Source: Candidatus Anderseniibacteriota bacterium
GTDB taxonomy: Bacteria > Patescibacteriota > JAUYIX01
Direction of reading: 5' to 3'
NCBI GenBank assembly: GCA_046350855.1
Contig: JAXLZM010000001.1
Span: 153,420 to 217,419 of the forward strand
Length of the DNA: 64,000 nt
Positions 10,088 to 20,555 of this stretch are shown piece after piece. Within the stretch, counting starts at the first letter, position 1. The number at the start of each line of letters is the position of its first letter. The translations under genes and the position numbers were made by a program. Under the pieces are notes generated by a model. That model was not told the DNA's origin. It made no database searches and saw only the letters and a list, made by a program, of their open reading frames with translations.

Positions 10088-10981
10088 ATGCTGAGCCGTT
10101 CTGCCATTCTCAAAAAATCGGGGATCAAGGTTATTTGCCGTGATCAGAGAGACTTTCCACCTCAATTACGCTTGATCGCTGAGCCACCTGCCCTCCTCTA
10201 TATACAAGGAGATCCTAGTGTACTGCTACGCCCCTCGGTCTCGGTCGTCGGTTCGCGGCAAGCAAGTGAGTACGGCAAGCGACAAACCAGACAATTTACT
10301 GACTACTTAGCTAAACGAGGTGTCGTAATCGTCTCTGGCTTGGCCTACGGAATCGACCTGACCGCACATCAGACGGCGATCAGCTCCGGCCCTTCCGTCG
10401 CAGTGATTGCAGGCGGACTCGATGTCGCCCTGATGTCTTGGCAGGAGGAGTTGGCTAAAAAGATTATTAGAGCAGGTGGAGCTATCGTCTCTGAGTACGC
10501 CCCGGGTGAACCAGCTCTCAAATATCATTTTCCCGAGCGTAATCGCATTATCGCCGGACTCTCCCCCGTGACACTTGTGAGCGAAGCTCGTGAACACAGT
10601 GGTGCCTTGATCACCGCTCGCCTTGCGGTCGAATCCGGTCGGACCCTCATGTGTATTCCGCACGATCTTGAGCGGTCAACCGCGCAGGGCTCAAACCGTC
10701 TATTGCGGGATGGCGCAAACGTGGCTATCGCACCACAGGATGTGCTGCAGGAGCTTACACGTCATTTATCAGAGCAAGAGGCTCTAGAGCTCTCAAAAGC
10801 AGATCCTTCGCCAGCAGCGGGGATTTTAAAAGCGCTCAAAAAACCGCACTCGGTTGAGGATCTCGTCACAGAGATGCAGCGTTCTGCCGGTGCCCTATTG
10901 ACCGAATTAACCGAGCTGGAATTATCCGGCAAAATTAAGCGCCTGACGGACGGTCGGTTTGCGCGAGTGGAGAGTGAGTGA
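10088..10981 (+). CDS. dprA: DNA-protecting protein DprA
   Basis: VVGSR, IVSGLAYGID..AH, FPERNRIIAGLS, SGALITA, C-terminal wHTH. Confidence 0.96.
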   Translation: MLSRSAILKKSGIKVICRDQRDFPPQLRLIAEPPALLYIQGDPSVLLRPSVSVVGSRQASEYGKRQTRQFTDYLAKRGVVIVSGLAYGIDLTAHQTAISSGPSVAVIAGGLDVALMSWQEELAKKIIRAGGAIVSEYAPGEPALKYHFPERNRIIAGLSPVTLVSEAREHSGALITARLAVESGRTLMCIPHDLERSTAQGSNRLLRDGANVAIAPQDVLQELTRHLSEQEALELSKADPSPAAGILKALKKPHSVEDLVTEMQRSAGALLTELTELELSGKIKRLTDGRFARVESE

Positions 10982-11033
10982 CGGGGTGGCAAAGTTGACA
11001 GTAATGCTCGCACACCGTAAGGTCTCAACCATT

Positions 11034-13277
11034 GTGTCGTCACTCGTAATCGTCGAGTCACCAACAAAAGCAAAAACGATCGGCAAATTTTTGGGCCGCG
11101 GCTACACCGTTAAGTCCAGTTTTGGCCACGTGCGTGACTTGCCTAAGAGCAAGATGGGTATTGATATTGAACATGGATTTGAGCCCGACTACGTGATTCC
11201 GGTCCGCGCTAAAAAAGTGATCACGGACCTGCGCGCACAGGCCAAAAAAGCCGACACGATCTATCTGGCAACCGATGAAGACCGCGAAGGAGAAGCGATC
11301 GGTTGGCATTTGATGACCGCGCTCAAGTTGGCTAAAGATAAGACCAAGCGCATCGTGTTTCATGAGATCACCAAGCGCGCCATCGACGAGGCTCTCAAAA
11401 ATCCTCGCGATTTGGACGCACACTTGATCGACGCCCAGCAAGCCCGACGGGTACTAGATCGCCTGGTAGGATACGAATTGTCGCCATTTTTGTGGAAAAA
11501 AATTAAGTACGGCCTCTCGGCCGGCCGCGTACAGTCAGCCGCGGTGCGCTTAATCGTTGACCGGGAGCGCGAGATCGAGAAGTTCAAAGCGGATGAGTAC
11601 TGGACCATCGAGGCCGAACTCGAGAAAAAAGGTGTCAAACCTACCGTTGCGGCACACTTGGTTAAACGTGCTGGCAAAACTCTCGAAAAACTCGCTATCA
11701 AAAATAAAGCTACTGCCGACGAAGTCACCGCCGCACTTAAGGGCGCGTCGTTTGAGGTCAGCGAGATTTCACAAAAAGAAAAATCGATGTCCCCGTCCGC
11801 GCCATTTACGACTTCGACCTTGCAACAGGATGCTTCGCGTCGCCTGGGCTACTCGGCCAAGCAAACCATGATGCTCGCGCAGCAGCTCTATGAGGGTATC
11901 GAGCTGGGTACTGAGGGTTCGGTCGGTTTGATTAGCTACATGCGTACCGACTCGGTTAACTTGGCAGAACAAGCCCTGGCAGAAGCCAAAGAAGTTATTG
12001 GTAACGAGTTTGGTAGTGAGTTTACGGCGGCCGCACCACGCCGTTACAAAACCAAATCAAAGAGCGCTCAAGAAGCACACGAAGCCATCCGCCCAACCAG
12101 CTTTACTCGTACTCCGGAGAGCATTAAGCAATATCTTGAGCCTCGCCAGCACAAATTGTATGACCTGATTTGGCGTCGTGCGCTTGCCTCACAGATGCCG
12201 GATGCGCGCTTTAACTCGACCACCTTAGATATTACCGCTGGTGAGTTTGTGTTTAGAGCTAATGGCTTAGTTATTACCTTTGCGGGTTTTCAAAAAGCAC
12301 TCGGGCCCGCCGCCAGCTCCAAAGAGACTGAACTACCCAAACTCGCTAAAGGTGACAAGCTCGTACTCGTTGGCACGGATGCACTCAAGGGGGTGCAGCA
12401 CTTTACGCAGCCACCCGCGCGCTACAGCGACGCCACCCTCGTCAAAGCTATGGAAGAGTTTGGTATCGGTCGTCCATCTACCTACGCTCCAACGATCTCG
12501 ACCATCCAAGACCGCGGCTACGTCGAAAAAGTCGAGAAGCGCTTTAAGCCCACCGAGATTGGTCGCCTGGTTGATGATGTGCTCGTTAAGCACTTTCCCA
12601 AGATTGTGGACCTGACCTTTACCTCGCAGATGGAAGAAGACTTGGACTTGATCGCCGAGGGTAAAAAAGAGTGGGTTCCTATTATTAAAGCGTTTTACGA
12701 TCCATTCCACGCTAATCTCAAAGCCAAGGATAAGGCCGTTACCAAAGAAGAACTCACGACCGAGAAGTCTGACGAAAAGTGCGAAAAATGCGGCAAGCCC
12801 ATGGTGATCAAGATGGGTCGTTTTGGAAAGTTCTTAGCCTGCACTGGTTATCCCGACTGCAAGACCACTCGCCCACTCAAAGCCGAGCGCGAGGCCCAAG
12901 CCAAAATGGAGCAAGAACTCTCTGGCGAAAAATGCCCTGAGTGTGGTTCAGCCATGGTGATTAAACGCGGACGCTTTGGGACTTTTTTGGGCTGCAGCAC
13001 CTATCCCAAGTGCAAAGGCATCAAGCGTATCGAGAAAAAAACGGGTGCCAAGTGCCCTGAGTGTGGTAAAGGCGAGATCATCGAGAAGCGCAGCCGCAAA
13101 GGTCGCACCTTTTACGCTTGCAACAAATACCCTGAGTGTGAGTTTGCCCTCTGGAACAAACCGACCGGTAAAACGTGTCCAAAGTGTAAAAGCTTGGTGG
13201 TCTACGCCGCCAAGGGCCAAGTGCGCTGCTCTAGCAAGGAGTGCGACTACAAGGCCGAGACCGAGCAGCCGGCCTAA
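11034..13277 (+). CDS. topA: DNA topoisomerase I
   Basis: LVIVESPTKAK, ATDEDREGE, SAGRVQS, ISYMRTDS, C-terminal Zn ribbons; promoter TTGACA-17-TAAGGT 10 nt before the GTG start. Confidence 0.98.
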   Translation: MSSLVIVESPTKAKTIGKFLGRGYTVKSSFGHVRDLPKSKMGIDIEHGFEPDYVIPVRAKKVITDLRAQAKKADTIYLATDEDREGEAIGWHLMTALKLAKDKTKRIVFHEITKRAIDEALKNPRDLDAHLIDAQQARRVLDRLVGYELSPFLWKKIKYGLSAGRVQSAAVRLIVDREREIEKFKADEYWTIEAELEKKGVKPTVAAHLVKRAGKTLEKLAIKNKATADEVTAALKGASFEVSEISQKEKSMSPSAPFTTSTLQQDASRRLGYSAKQTMMLAQQLYEGIELGTEGSVGLISYMRTDSVNLAEQALAEAKEVIGNEFGSEFTAAAPRRYKTKSKSAQEAHEAIRPTSFTRTPESIKQYLEPRQHKLYDLIWRRALASQMPDARFNSTTLDITAGEFVFRANGLVITFAGFQKALGPAASSKETELPKLAKGDKLVLVGTDALKGVQHFTQPPARYSDATLVKAMEEFGIGRPSTYAPTISTIQDRGYVEKVEKRFKPTEIGRLVDDVLVKHFPKIVDLTFTSQMEEDLDLIAEGKKEWVPIIKAFYDPFHANLKAKDKAVTKEELTTEKSDEKCEKCGKPMVIKMGRFGKFLACTGYPDCKTTRPLKAEREAQAKMEQELSGEKCPECGSAMVIKRGRFGTFLGCSTYPKCKGIKRIEKKTGAKCPECGKGEIIEKRSRKGRTFYACNKYPECEFALWNKPTGKTCPKCKSLVVYAAKGQVRCSSKECDYKAETEQPA

Positions 13278-13339
13278 CCGCGTGCGACGGCGTAATAGAC
13301 AGTCGGGTAACCCCGGAGTAGGATCCGAGTAGGTTGTAT

Positions 13340-15514
13340 ATGACGCCATTTACTACAACCACACTCGAAAAACGTTCGACCATCACGATCGAAGACGTTG
13401 TGCGCATGGCACGCGAGCGCAACCCCGGGGCGGATCTTCCACTGATCCGCCAGGCCTACGAGTTTGCCGAGGCGGCCCATCGCGGCCAAACCCGTGAGAC
13501 GGGTGAGCCGTATATTATCCATCCGGTGCATGTGGCCTACACCATCGCGCAGTTGCGTCTCGGCACTACCGCCATTATGGCCGCGCTACTCCACGACGTG
13601 CGCGAGGACACCTCTCCGGCCTACTCCGAGCAAATCGCTCGGCGCTTTGGCGAGGCAACTAACTTTTTAGTACAGGGCGTCACTAAACTTTCTAAGGTTC
13701 GTAAACTGCGGGAGAACACCGGTTCGATCGAAGACCTACGCACGATCTTTTTGGCCATGAGTCGCGATATCCGCGTGATCATTATTAAGCTGGCCGATCG
13801 TTTACATAATTTACAAACCCTCTCGGGCCTCGACACCGAGCGACGTCTGCGCATCTCTCGCCAAACCTTGGACATCTACTCACCGATCGCTGATCGCCTC
13901 GGTATGGGTGACATCAAGGGCCAACTCGAGGATTTAGCTTTTGATTACGCTTTGCCCGAGCAGGCCACCCTGGTGCGCTCCCTCGTCAAAGACGCCTACA
14001 CAGAGCGGGCGCGCTACTGCGAGACGTTACGTCAGGCCGTCACCCAAGAGCTGCGACGCAATGCTATCCCGGTTATCGACGTACACGGTCGAGCCAAACG
14101 ACTTTACAGTCTCTACCTCAAGTTGCAGCGCTACAACAACGATATCAACCAGATTTACGACTTGGTGGCCGTGCGTGTGGTGGTACCCACTATCGAAGAT
14201 TGCTACAAAGCGCTCGGGGTTGTGCATCGGCGCTGGCGACCCCTGGTCGGTAAGATCAAGGATTACGTGGCAACGCCCAAAGCAAACGGCTATCAATCCC
14301 TCCACACCACCGTCATCACTGACGAGGGCAAGTTTGTCGAGGTGCAGATCCGGACGAACAGCATGCACGAGCGGGCCGAGCGGGGAATCGCCGCCTCCTG
14401 GTCCTATGCGGAGGCCAAGCGACAAGATCCGGGTGCTCTCGCCGCAGCTTTAGCGGACGAGCACGATATTACCTGGGTCAAGCAACTCGCCCATTGGCAG
14501 CAAGACATCGACACACCCGAGGAGTTTTTCCAGACGCTGCGCTCTGACTTTTTTAAAAACCGCATTTTTTGCCTCACCCCCAAGGGCGAGGTCATTAATC
14601 TCCCGGAGGGCGGCACCCCGATCGATTTTGCCTATTGCATTAGGCGTTCTCTCGGTAACCGGGCCGTGGATGCGCGCGTCAACGGGGTACGCCGGCCACT
14701 GGATTATGCCCTCGGTAACGGTGATGTGGTCTACATCGAACTCGGTCCCGAGTCGCATACGCCAAAACGCGAGTGGCTCGACTTTGTTAAAACCAACAAC
14801 GCGCGTCACGGAATCAAACAGTGGTACGCGCACCTTAGCGCCGAGCACGCTGTTACGACCGGCCGCACCCTCCTTGCTAAAGAGTTACACGAGCTCCTGG
14901 GTCGTTCGATCGAGAGCCTTCAAGCCCAGGAGGTCCGCGAGTATCTCAGTCAGCACGGCTACCGCACCATGGATGAACTCTACGCCGCCGTGGGTAAAGG
15001 CGAGCGCAACCCGCGTCAGGTCGTTAAACGTATCTTTGCCGAAGACCGCATCGACCTGACCGTACCGGTCAAGCGCCAGCTTAACGTCAAAATTGAGGGA
15101 CAGCTTCACCCCCAAGCGGTACGTGCGCGCTGCTGCCGCCCGATCGAGGGCGACGCGATCGTAGGTGTGCGCCACGGCGCGCGCGTCCTGGTGCATCGCA
15201 CCGAGTGTCATACCCTGCACGGTATCCCGCTCCTGCAACGCCTCAAGGCCGCCTGGATCTTAGATGCAGCGCGCACGTACCGAGTCTGGATCGAGGTCCA
15301 GGTGACCACCTATACGGGCATGTTACGTGACATCGCAGATGTCTGTGCCCAGGGCGCTATTCCGATCCATGACATCGTTGTGCGGCGCCGCCCCACAGAA
15401 ATCAGTTCGGTCAGTATTTTAGCGGAGATCAAAGACGCGGATCAGCTCAGTATGCTGATCCGTAAGTTGCACTCACTCCCTAAGGTTACGGTCGTCCACC
15501 GGCGACACTCCTAG
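13340..15514 (+). CDS. rel: Long RelA/SpoT homolog (HD-synthetase-TGS-ACT)
   Basis: EPYIIHP, ALLHDVRED, IKLADRLHN, NGYQSLHTT, EVQIRT; TGS and ACT domains. Confidence 0.95.
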   Translation: MTPFTTTTLEKRSTITIEDVVRMARERNPGADLPLIRQAYEFAEAAHRGQTRETGEPYIIHPVHVAYTIAQLRLGTTAIMAALLHDVREDTSPAYSEQIARRFGEATNFLVQGVTKLSKVRKLRENTGSIEDLRTIFLAMSRDIRVIIIKLADRLHNLQTLSGLDTERRLRISRQTLDIYSPIADRLGMGDIKGQLEDLAFDYALPEQATLVRSLVKDAYTERARYCETLRQAVTQELRRNAIPVIDVHGRAKRLYSLYLKLQRYNNDINQIYDLVAVRVVVPTIEDCYKALGVVHRRWRPLVGKIKDYVATPKANGYQSLHTTVITDEGKFVEVQIRTNSMHERAERGIAASWSYAEAKRQDPGALAAALADEHDITWVKQLAHWQQDIDTPEEFFQTLRSDFFKNRIFCLTPKGEVINLPEGGTPIDFAYCIRRSLGNRAVDARVNGVRRPLDYALGNGDVVYIELGPESHTPKREWLDFVKTNNARHGIKQWYAHLSAEHAVTTGRTLLAKELHELLGRSIESLQAQEVREYLSQHGYRTMDELYAAVGKGERNPRQVVKRIFAEDRIDLTVPVKRQLNVKIEGQLHPQAVRARCCRPIEGDAIVGVRHGARVLVHRTECHTLHGIPLLQRLKAAWILDAARTYRVWIEVQVTTYTGMLRDIADVCAQGAIPIHDIVVRRRPTEISSVSILAEIKDADQLSMLIRKLHSLPKVTVVHRRHS

Positions 15515-15529
15515 CTAGTGCCAAAACTC

Positions 15530-16459
15530 CTAGACCGTAAAGGCCGAGCGCGGCGATTTTTGGGGCTGCTCTTCGCTAGACTCGACGGGCGTGCCCGTAA
15601 TTTTGTTGACCAAACGATCCCGCTCCTCGGCCGAGAAAAATCCAATCGTAATGCGGCCGATTTTGACACCATCCACCTTGACTTGCGCCCCCAGATGACG
15701 ACTTAACGTCCGAGACAGACGCGCGCTGACCGGATCCTGAATGCGACTGCCACTATTGGCCGTGCGGGGTGCTTTAGTTTGCAAAACTTCACGCACGCGT
15801 TTTTCGAGCTGGCGCACCGAGAGGTGCTGAGACTCGATCTCCGCAATCAGTGCCACTTGGTCGACTGGGCTCACCGCTAGCAAGACCTTGGCGTGACCCT
15901 CACTGATGCGCTCGGCTAGGAGCGCCTGCTGGGCTTCGCTCGAGAGATCCAATAGTCGGATACAATTGGCTACCGAAGAGCTCGGCCGCCCCACTCGTTC
16001 TCCCACCTGACGTTGTGTCAACTTAAAGTCCCGCAAGAGTTTGCGCAGGGCCTTGGCTTCTTCGAGCGGGTTGAGGTCTTGCCGTTGAATGTTCTCGATC
16101 AACGCTAGCTCAAGTTTTTCTTGGTCGTCGGTCTGACGGACTACAACCGGAACGGCCTGTAGACCGGCTAGTTCGGCCGCACGCAGACGACGTTCACCCG
16201 CCACTAAAATGTAGTTACCAGTGGGTGTGCGCGGTGGACTAACCACGAGCGGCTCTAAAATACCGTGCTGCTTGATCGAGGCGGCCAAAGACTCCAGCTC
16301 AGGCAATTTAAATTGTTTGCGCGGTTGGTGCGGGTTGGGCACGATCGAGCGCAGAGGTAACTCGCGTGTGTCACTGCCCTGCCGCGGATCAGGCCGCGCA
16401 GGTTTTGTCGCCTTTGTTGGGATCAGGGCCTCAAGGCCTCGTCCTAGACCAAATGCCAT
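15530..16459 (-). CDS. parB: ParB/Spo0J partition protein
   Basis: GLGRGLEALI, PNPHQPRKQF, AGERRLRAA, LIENIQRQDLNPLEEA. Confidence 0.96.
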   Translation of the reverse strand: MAFGLGRGLEALIPTKATKPARPDPRQGSDTRELPLRSIVPNPHQPRKQFKLPELESLAASIKQHGILEPLVVSPPRTPTGNYILVAGERRLRAAELAGLQAVPVVVRQTDDQEKLELALIENIQRQDLNPLEEAKALRKLLRDFKLTQRQVGERVGRPSSSVANCIRLLDLSSEAQQALLAERISEGHAKVLLAVSPVDQVALIAEIESQHLSVRQLEKRVREVLQTKAPRTANSGSRIQDPVSARLSRTLSRHLGAQVKVDGVKIGRITIGFFSAEERDRLVNKITGTPVESSEEQPQKSPRSAFTV

Positions 16460-16517
16460 ATCGACTAGTGTACGAGAGGGGCCCTACCTTGTCGAGATCG
16501 ATAGACTACGGGCCGTG

Positions 16518-17363
16518 CTAGCTGCTGTGCGTAGTCGTTTGTTCAGCCGGCTGAACCTGCGTCTGCTGATGAGCCTCGTGTGTTTGTTGGCTCGCGGCAC
16601 TGGCCCAGGCGGCGCGTACCTCCTCAGCTAAGGCTCGGTAGGCACGCGCACCTTTGGACCAGGGTTCGTACGCCAGGATGGATTTGCCGTAGGAGGGAGC
16701 CTCCGAGAGTCGAACGTTGCGCGGGATCTCGGTGGTAAAGACGCGGCCCGGAAAAAACTTGCGAATCTCACGCGCCACGTCTACAGCGAGCTTAGTGCGT
16801 TTGTCATGCAGCGTGATGACCGCCCCGAGGATGGCGAGACTTGGTTTGATGTTACTGCGGACGAGTTCGATGGTATGGAGGAGCTGACTCAACCCCTCGA
16901 GCGCGTAGTACTCACTCTGGACCGGGATCATGACTTCGTCGGCGGCGGTCAGGGCGTTGATCGTAACGAGACCAAGGCTGGGCGGTGCGTCGAGCAGAAC
17001 CACATCGTAGTGGAGCTGGGCTTGGCTCAGGGCTTGCTGCAGGCGGAACTCCCGCTGCGTGGCCTCGACTAGTTCGACGTTGGCGCCGGCCAGGGCTGGG
17101 GTGGCGGGACAGAGGTGCAGGTTTTGCTGCGGGGTGGCCACCACGATTGACTCAAGCGGGGTTTGGCCGAGCATGAGTTCGTAGGTTCCGGCTTTGGCTT
17201 GCTCGGGACGGAGACCCAAGCCGCTGGTGGCATTGCCCTGCGGGTCAACATCAACCAACAAAACACGTAGCCCACCGGCCGCGAGGTAGGCACCCAAATT
17301 TATGGCGGTAGTGGTTTTGCCAACTCCGCCTTTTTGGTTAACGATGGCGACGATACGGGCCAT
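16518..17363 (-). CDS. parA: ParA/Soj ATPase
   Basis: NQKGGVGKTTT, DVDPQGNAT, DAPPSLG, EYYALEG, IPRNVRLSEAPS. Confidence 0.97.
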   Translation of the reverse strand: MARIVAIVNQKGGVGKTTTAINLGAYLAAGGLRVLLVDVDPQGNATSGLGLRPEQAKAGTYELMLGQTPLESIVVATPQQNLHLCPATPALAGANVELVEATQREFRLQQALSQAQLHYDVVLLDAPPSLGLVTINALTAADEVMIPVQSEYYALEGLSQLLHTIELVRSNIKPSLAILGAVITLHDKRTKLAVDVAREIRKFFPGRVFTTEIPRNVRLSEAPSYGKSILAYEPWSKGARAYRALAEEVRAAWASAASQQTHEAHQQTQVQPAEQTTTHSS

Positions 17364-17437
17364 GGCACCATGGTACCACAGGTTCAGCCCGGTTTAAGTT
17401 GACGCTCGGGCGCGGGACGGGCACAATCGCCCCACGT

Positions 17438-17521
17438 GCCGAAGTGGCGGAATGGCAGACGCACGCGACTCAAAATCGCGCGGAGCAATCCATGAGGGTT
17501 CGACTCCCTCCTTCGGCACCA
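17438..17521 (+). tRNA. tRNA-Leu (CAA)
   Basis: GCCGAAG/CTTCGGC acceptor stem, CTCAAAA anticodon loop, long variable arm, GGTTCGACTCC, encoded ACCA; promoter TTGACG-17-CACAAT upstream. Confidence 0.96.
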
Positions 17522-17561
17522 TCAAGCTGCATACAACTAAAGAGCGCTCCTCTCAACGGGA

Positions 17562-17590
17562 TTGACATAAGCGCTGATTTGTGCTATCTT
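17562..17590 (+). promoter_or_regulatory. Sigma70 promoter
   Basis: TTGACA-17 nt-TATCTT with TG extension. Confidence 0.7.
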
Positions 17591-17647
17591 TTTTGGTTGC
17601 TCTTTCTGTGTTCCCTTTCAACCGAGTTTACCCAACGAGGAGCCGTA

Positions 17648-18010
17648 ATGACTGTAAACGTCCTGATCGCAGAGAACGATCCGCTCATCCGCAAACCACT
17701 TACACGGTGGCTCAAGAACGTCCCCAGTCTTAACGTCACGTACGTGTGGACCGTCAAAGGTCTACTCAATGCACTTGCTGTGGAGCCTTACGACATCGTG
17801 GTGCTCGACAACACACTCGACGACGGCAAGACCATCGAAGAGATCGACGTGATCATGGCCGCTGCCGGCGCCGCAACCATTCTCTCGTTTAGCAGCGATG
17901 TGTTCCCGCCGGAGCAGGAGCGCAAGCTCACGAAGCTCGGGATCGAGATCAGGGACAAGGAGGTCAGAGCTTTGGCCGACCGTATCAAGGAACTCGCCCA
18001 GGAGTGCTAA
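17648..18010 (+). CDS. Single-domain response regulator receiver protein
   Basis: VLIAENDP, DIVVLD (phospho-Asp), FSS, conserved Lys; GAGGAG SD. Confidence 0.85.
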   Translation: MTVNVLIAENDPLIRKPLTRWLKNVPSLNVTYVWTVKGLLNALAVEPYDIVVLDNTLDDGKTIEEIDVIMAAAGAATILSFSSDVFPPEQERKLTKLGIEIRDKEVRALADRIKELAQEC

Positions 18011-18015
18011 CGATG

Positions 18016-18049
18016 ACCCTAGATGAACACATCTAGGGTTTCTTTTTTT
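18016..18049 (+). terminator. Intrinsic terminator
   Basis: ACCCTAGATG-AACA-CATCTAGGGT followed by a T run. Confidence 0.85.
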
Positions 18050-18053
18050 AATG

Positions 18054-19301
18054 CTAGCTGGTTAGGCCTGGCAGGGGCAGGCTTTTTGCAAAAGCTTTGA
18101 CCTCCGCACGAATTTTTTTGAGTGCGGTTGGGTCGGCGGGCTGTGTCAGTGCGGCACTGATCCATACCGCAATAGTCTGCATGTGCGTGGTGGTAGCTCC
18201 TCGACTCGTAATTGCAGGTGTGCCGAGGCGGAGGCCAGAAGGGTCCAAGGCAGAGCGTTTTTCGCCGGGCACGGTGTTTTTATTAGCGGTGATGCCCACG
18301 GCGCTCAGGGCAGCCTCCGCCTCGGCACCACTCATTTTTTTGTTGGTGAGATCCAGTAGGATCAGGTGCGTGTCGGTTCCACCTGTCACGAGGTCGAACC
18401 CTTTGGCCGCAAGGGCCTTGGCAAGCACCTGGGCATTGTCCAAAACTTGCTGTGCATACTTTTTAAAAGCGGGCTGCGCGGCCTCGTGTAAGGCGATAGC
18501 GATCCCGGCGATGGTGTTCTCGTGCGGCCCGCCCTGCAAGCCTGGAAAAACGCTGCGGTCGATGGCTTTGGCCACGGCCGTGCGACAGAGAATTATCGCC
18601 CCACGCGGGCCGCGCAAGGTTTTGTGCGTCGTGCTCGTAACAACGTCGGCATGGGGCACCGGATTGGGATGTGCTCCCCCTGCCACTAAGCCCGCCACGT
18701 GCGACATATCAACCATGTGGTACGCACCAACTGATTGAGCAATCGCCTGCATCTTTTTGTAGTCGATGATCCGCGGATAAGCGGTCGCACCTGAGATCAG
18801 CAGCTTGGGGTTTACTTTTTTGGCGAGGTCGGCTACTTGGTCGTAGTCAAGCAAGCCGGTCTTGGGATCAACTCCGTACTGATGCGCCGCAAACAGTTTG
18901 CCGGAGGCATTCACTGTATGACCGTGGGTAAGGTGTCCCCCTTCTGCGAGCGACATACCGAGCAACGTGTCGCCTGGTTTGAGCAACCCTACATACACCG
19001 CCAAATTTGCGGGTGAACCAGAATACGGCTGCACGTTTGCATGTTCGGCCCCGAACAATTTTTTAGCGCGATCGATGGCGAGTTGCTCGATCTGATCGAT
19101 CACCTCATTGCCGGCATAGTAGCGCTTGCCGGGATACCCCTCGGCATATTTGGCCGACAAAATAGAACCCACCGCTGACAAAACCGCTTTACTCGGATAG
19201 TTTTCTGAGGCAATCAGTTCGATTCCCTCACGCTGACGCTGCTCTTCAGCGGTGATGAGCTTTTCGATGGCCGGATCCGTTGTTCTGCCAACAGTAGACA
19301 T
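18054..19301 (-). CDS. glyA: Serine hydroxymethyltransferase
   Basis: LIASENY, YAEGYPGKRYY, GGHLTHG, TTHKTLRGPRG. Confidence 0.98.
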   Translation of the reverse strand: MSTVGRTTDPAIEKLITAEEQRQREGIELIASENYPSKAVLSAVGSILSAKYAEGYPGKRYYAGNEVIDQIEQLAIDRAKKLFGAEHANVQPYSGSPANLAVYVGLLKPGDTLLGMSLAEGGHLTHGHTVNASGKLFAAHQYGVDPKTGLLDYDQVADLAKKVNPKLLISGATAYPRIIDYKKMQAIAQSVGAYHMVDMSHVAGLVAGGAHPNPVPHADVVTSTTHKTLRGPRGAIILCRTAVAKAIDRSVFPGLQGGPHENTIAGIAIALHEAAQPAFKKYAQQVLDNAQVLAKALAAKGFDLVTGGTDTHLILLDLTNKKMSGAEAEAALSAVGITANKNTVPGEKRSALDPSGLRLGTPAITSRGATTTHMQTIAVWISAALTQPADPTALKKIRAEVKAFAKSLPLPGLTS

Positions 19302-19392
19302 GTCGGCAGTATTACCCACGGGGCGCGAGTGGGCAAGCGTGGCCAGACCCAAAGACCAAGCTCATTTGCGTTGCGAGTTGGGCCTACCTTAG

Positions 19393-20538
19393 TTAATTAC
19401 GGAACAAAAAGTAAAAGAGGCTGGCTACTGCCGCAAGCACAAATGCCCCACTAAAGCCTGCCAGAGGAAACACAATGAGCAGCACGAGCATGGTCACGAT
19501 CTTGCCCAAGATCAGACTGGCTTCAAACGAGACGACCTCAAGCATGACGTGACTATTTTTAGCGTCCTGGTAGACGCGCGAGTACATCGGGACGTAGAGC
19601 AAACTCTTGCCGGTGCGGTAGACCGTGTCGATGCCGAGGGCGGCCAGCGGCCAGATCAAAAGCGGGCGACCGATCCACGAGAGCACGTTGAGGACGCCAC
19701 CCCAGAGGTACACGGTGCGGCGACTGCGATCATCGCTCCAGCGTGCGGCCACGGTGGTGGCCAGGACGGTCACGGTCGTGGCGATGGCCACCAGCGCTCC
19801 CAAATCGAGAGCACTCTTAACCAGCAAAAACAAAAAGAGCGGCCAAATGGTCAGGGCGATGAGTTCTTCCCCAAACCCCAGACCCATCACGAGGCGCCGC
19901 AAGCGCTTACGCGCAAAAATGTAGCGCATCTGAGTTAGCCAACTGTGTTGGCTCGGGGTGAACCGCTCAGGCGTGGAGAGCATGGGGAACACCGAGATGA
20001 GTATCAGCACGATCGCCACCGTATAGAGCACGGCAAAGTTGGTATAGGTAATGAGGGCGCCCCCGATCAGCGGTCCCACCGCCGCGGTGAGACTAGAGAT
20101 AACGTACGTGGCGCCAATCTCCCGCCCGGCCTCACGGCTGCGCGAGTAGCGGGCAAAGTTGGCGTGGTAGGCCGGCCACCAAAAGGTTTTTTGTAGGGCA
20201 TACAAGATGATCGAGAGGTACAAGAATTCTGGGGCGGCCGGGATCGCAATCAGCGACAAAAAGTAAGCGATCGTAAAAATAATCCCGAGCGACATGGTGT
20301 GCTCAAAACCAAAAGCCTTGGCGACCCGGCCGCCAAACGGAATCAGCAAAAAGTACAAAACGTACACCCCTAGATAGAACAAAATAATCTGCACCACCGT
20401 CAGGTGCTGCGTGTAGAGATAGATTGGTTCAAAAATGTTGATGGCGGCCTGGGCCAGCTCGTGCAGCGAGACCGTGGTCAAAAACTCTTTGATCTCGCGA
20501 CGCGGGCTGATGGTATAGCGTTTGAGCTCCTTTAACAT
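19393..20538 (-). CDS. MFS transporter
   Basis: About 12 hydrophobic segments, GPLIGG and WSDD loop motifs. Confidence 0.85.
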   Translation of the reverse strand: MLKELKRYTISPRREIKEFLTTVSLHELAQAAINIFEPIYLYTQHLTVVQIILFYLGVYVLYFLLIPFGGRVAKAFGFEHTMSLGIIFTIAYFLSLIAIPAAPEFLYLSIILYALQKTFWWPAYHANFARYSRSREAGREIGATYVISSLTAAVGPLIGGALITYTNFAVLYTVAIVLILISVFPMLSTPERFTPSQHSWLTQMRYIFARKRLRRLVMGLGFGEELIALTIWPLFLFLLVKSALDLGALVAIATTVTVLATTVAARWSDDRSRRTVYLWGGVLNVLSWIGRPLLIWPLAALGIDTVYRTGKSLLYVPMYSRVYQDAKNSHVMLEVVSFEASLILGKIVTMLVLLIVFPLAGFSGAFVLAAVASLFYFLFRN

Positions 20539-20555
20539 AGTGACGCCTAGTTACC

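Noticed and set aside
15530-17363. parS sites or oriC near parAB
   Set aside because: No TGTTTCACGTGAAACA-like palindrome or DnaA-box cluster was seen by eye.
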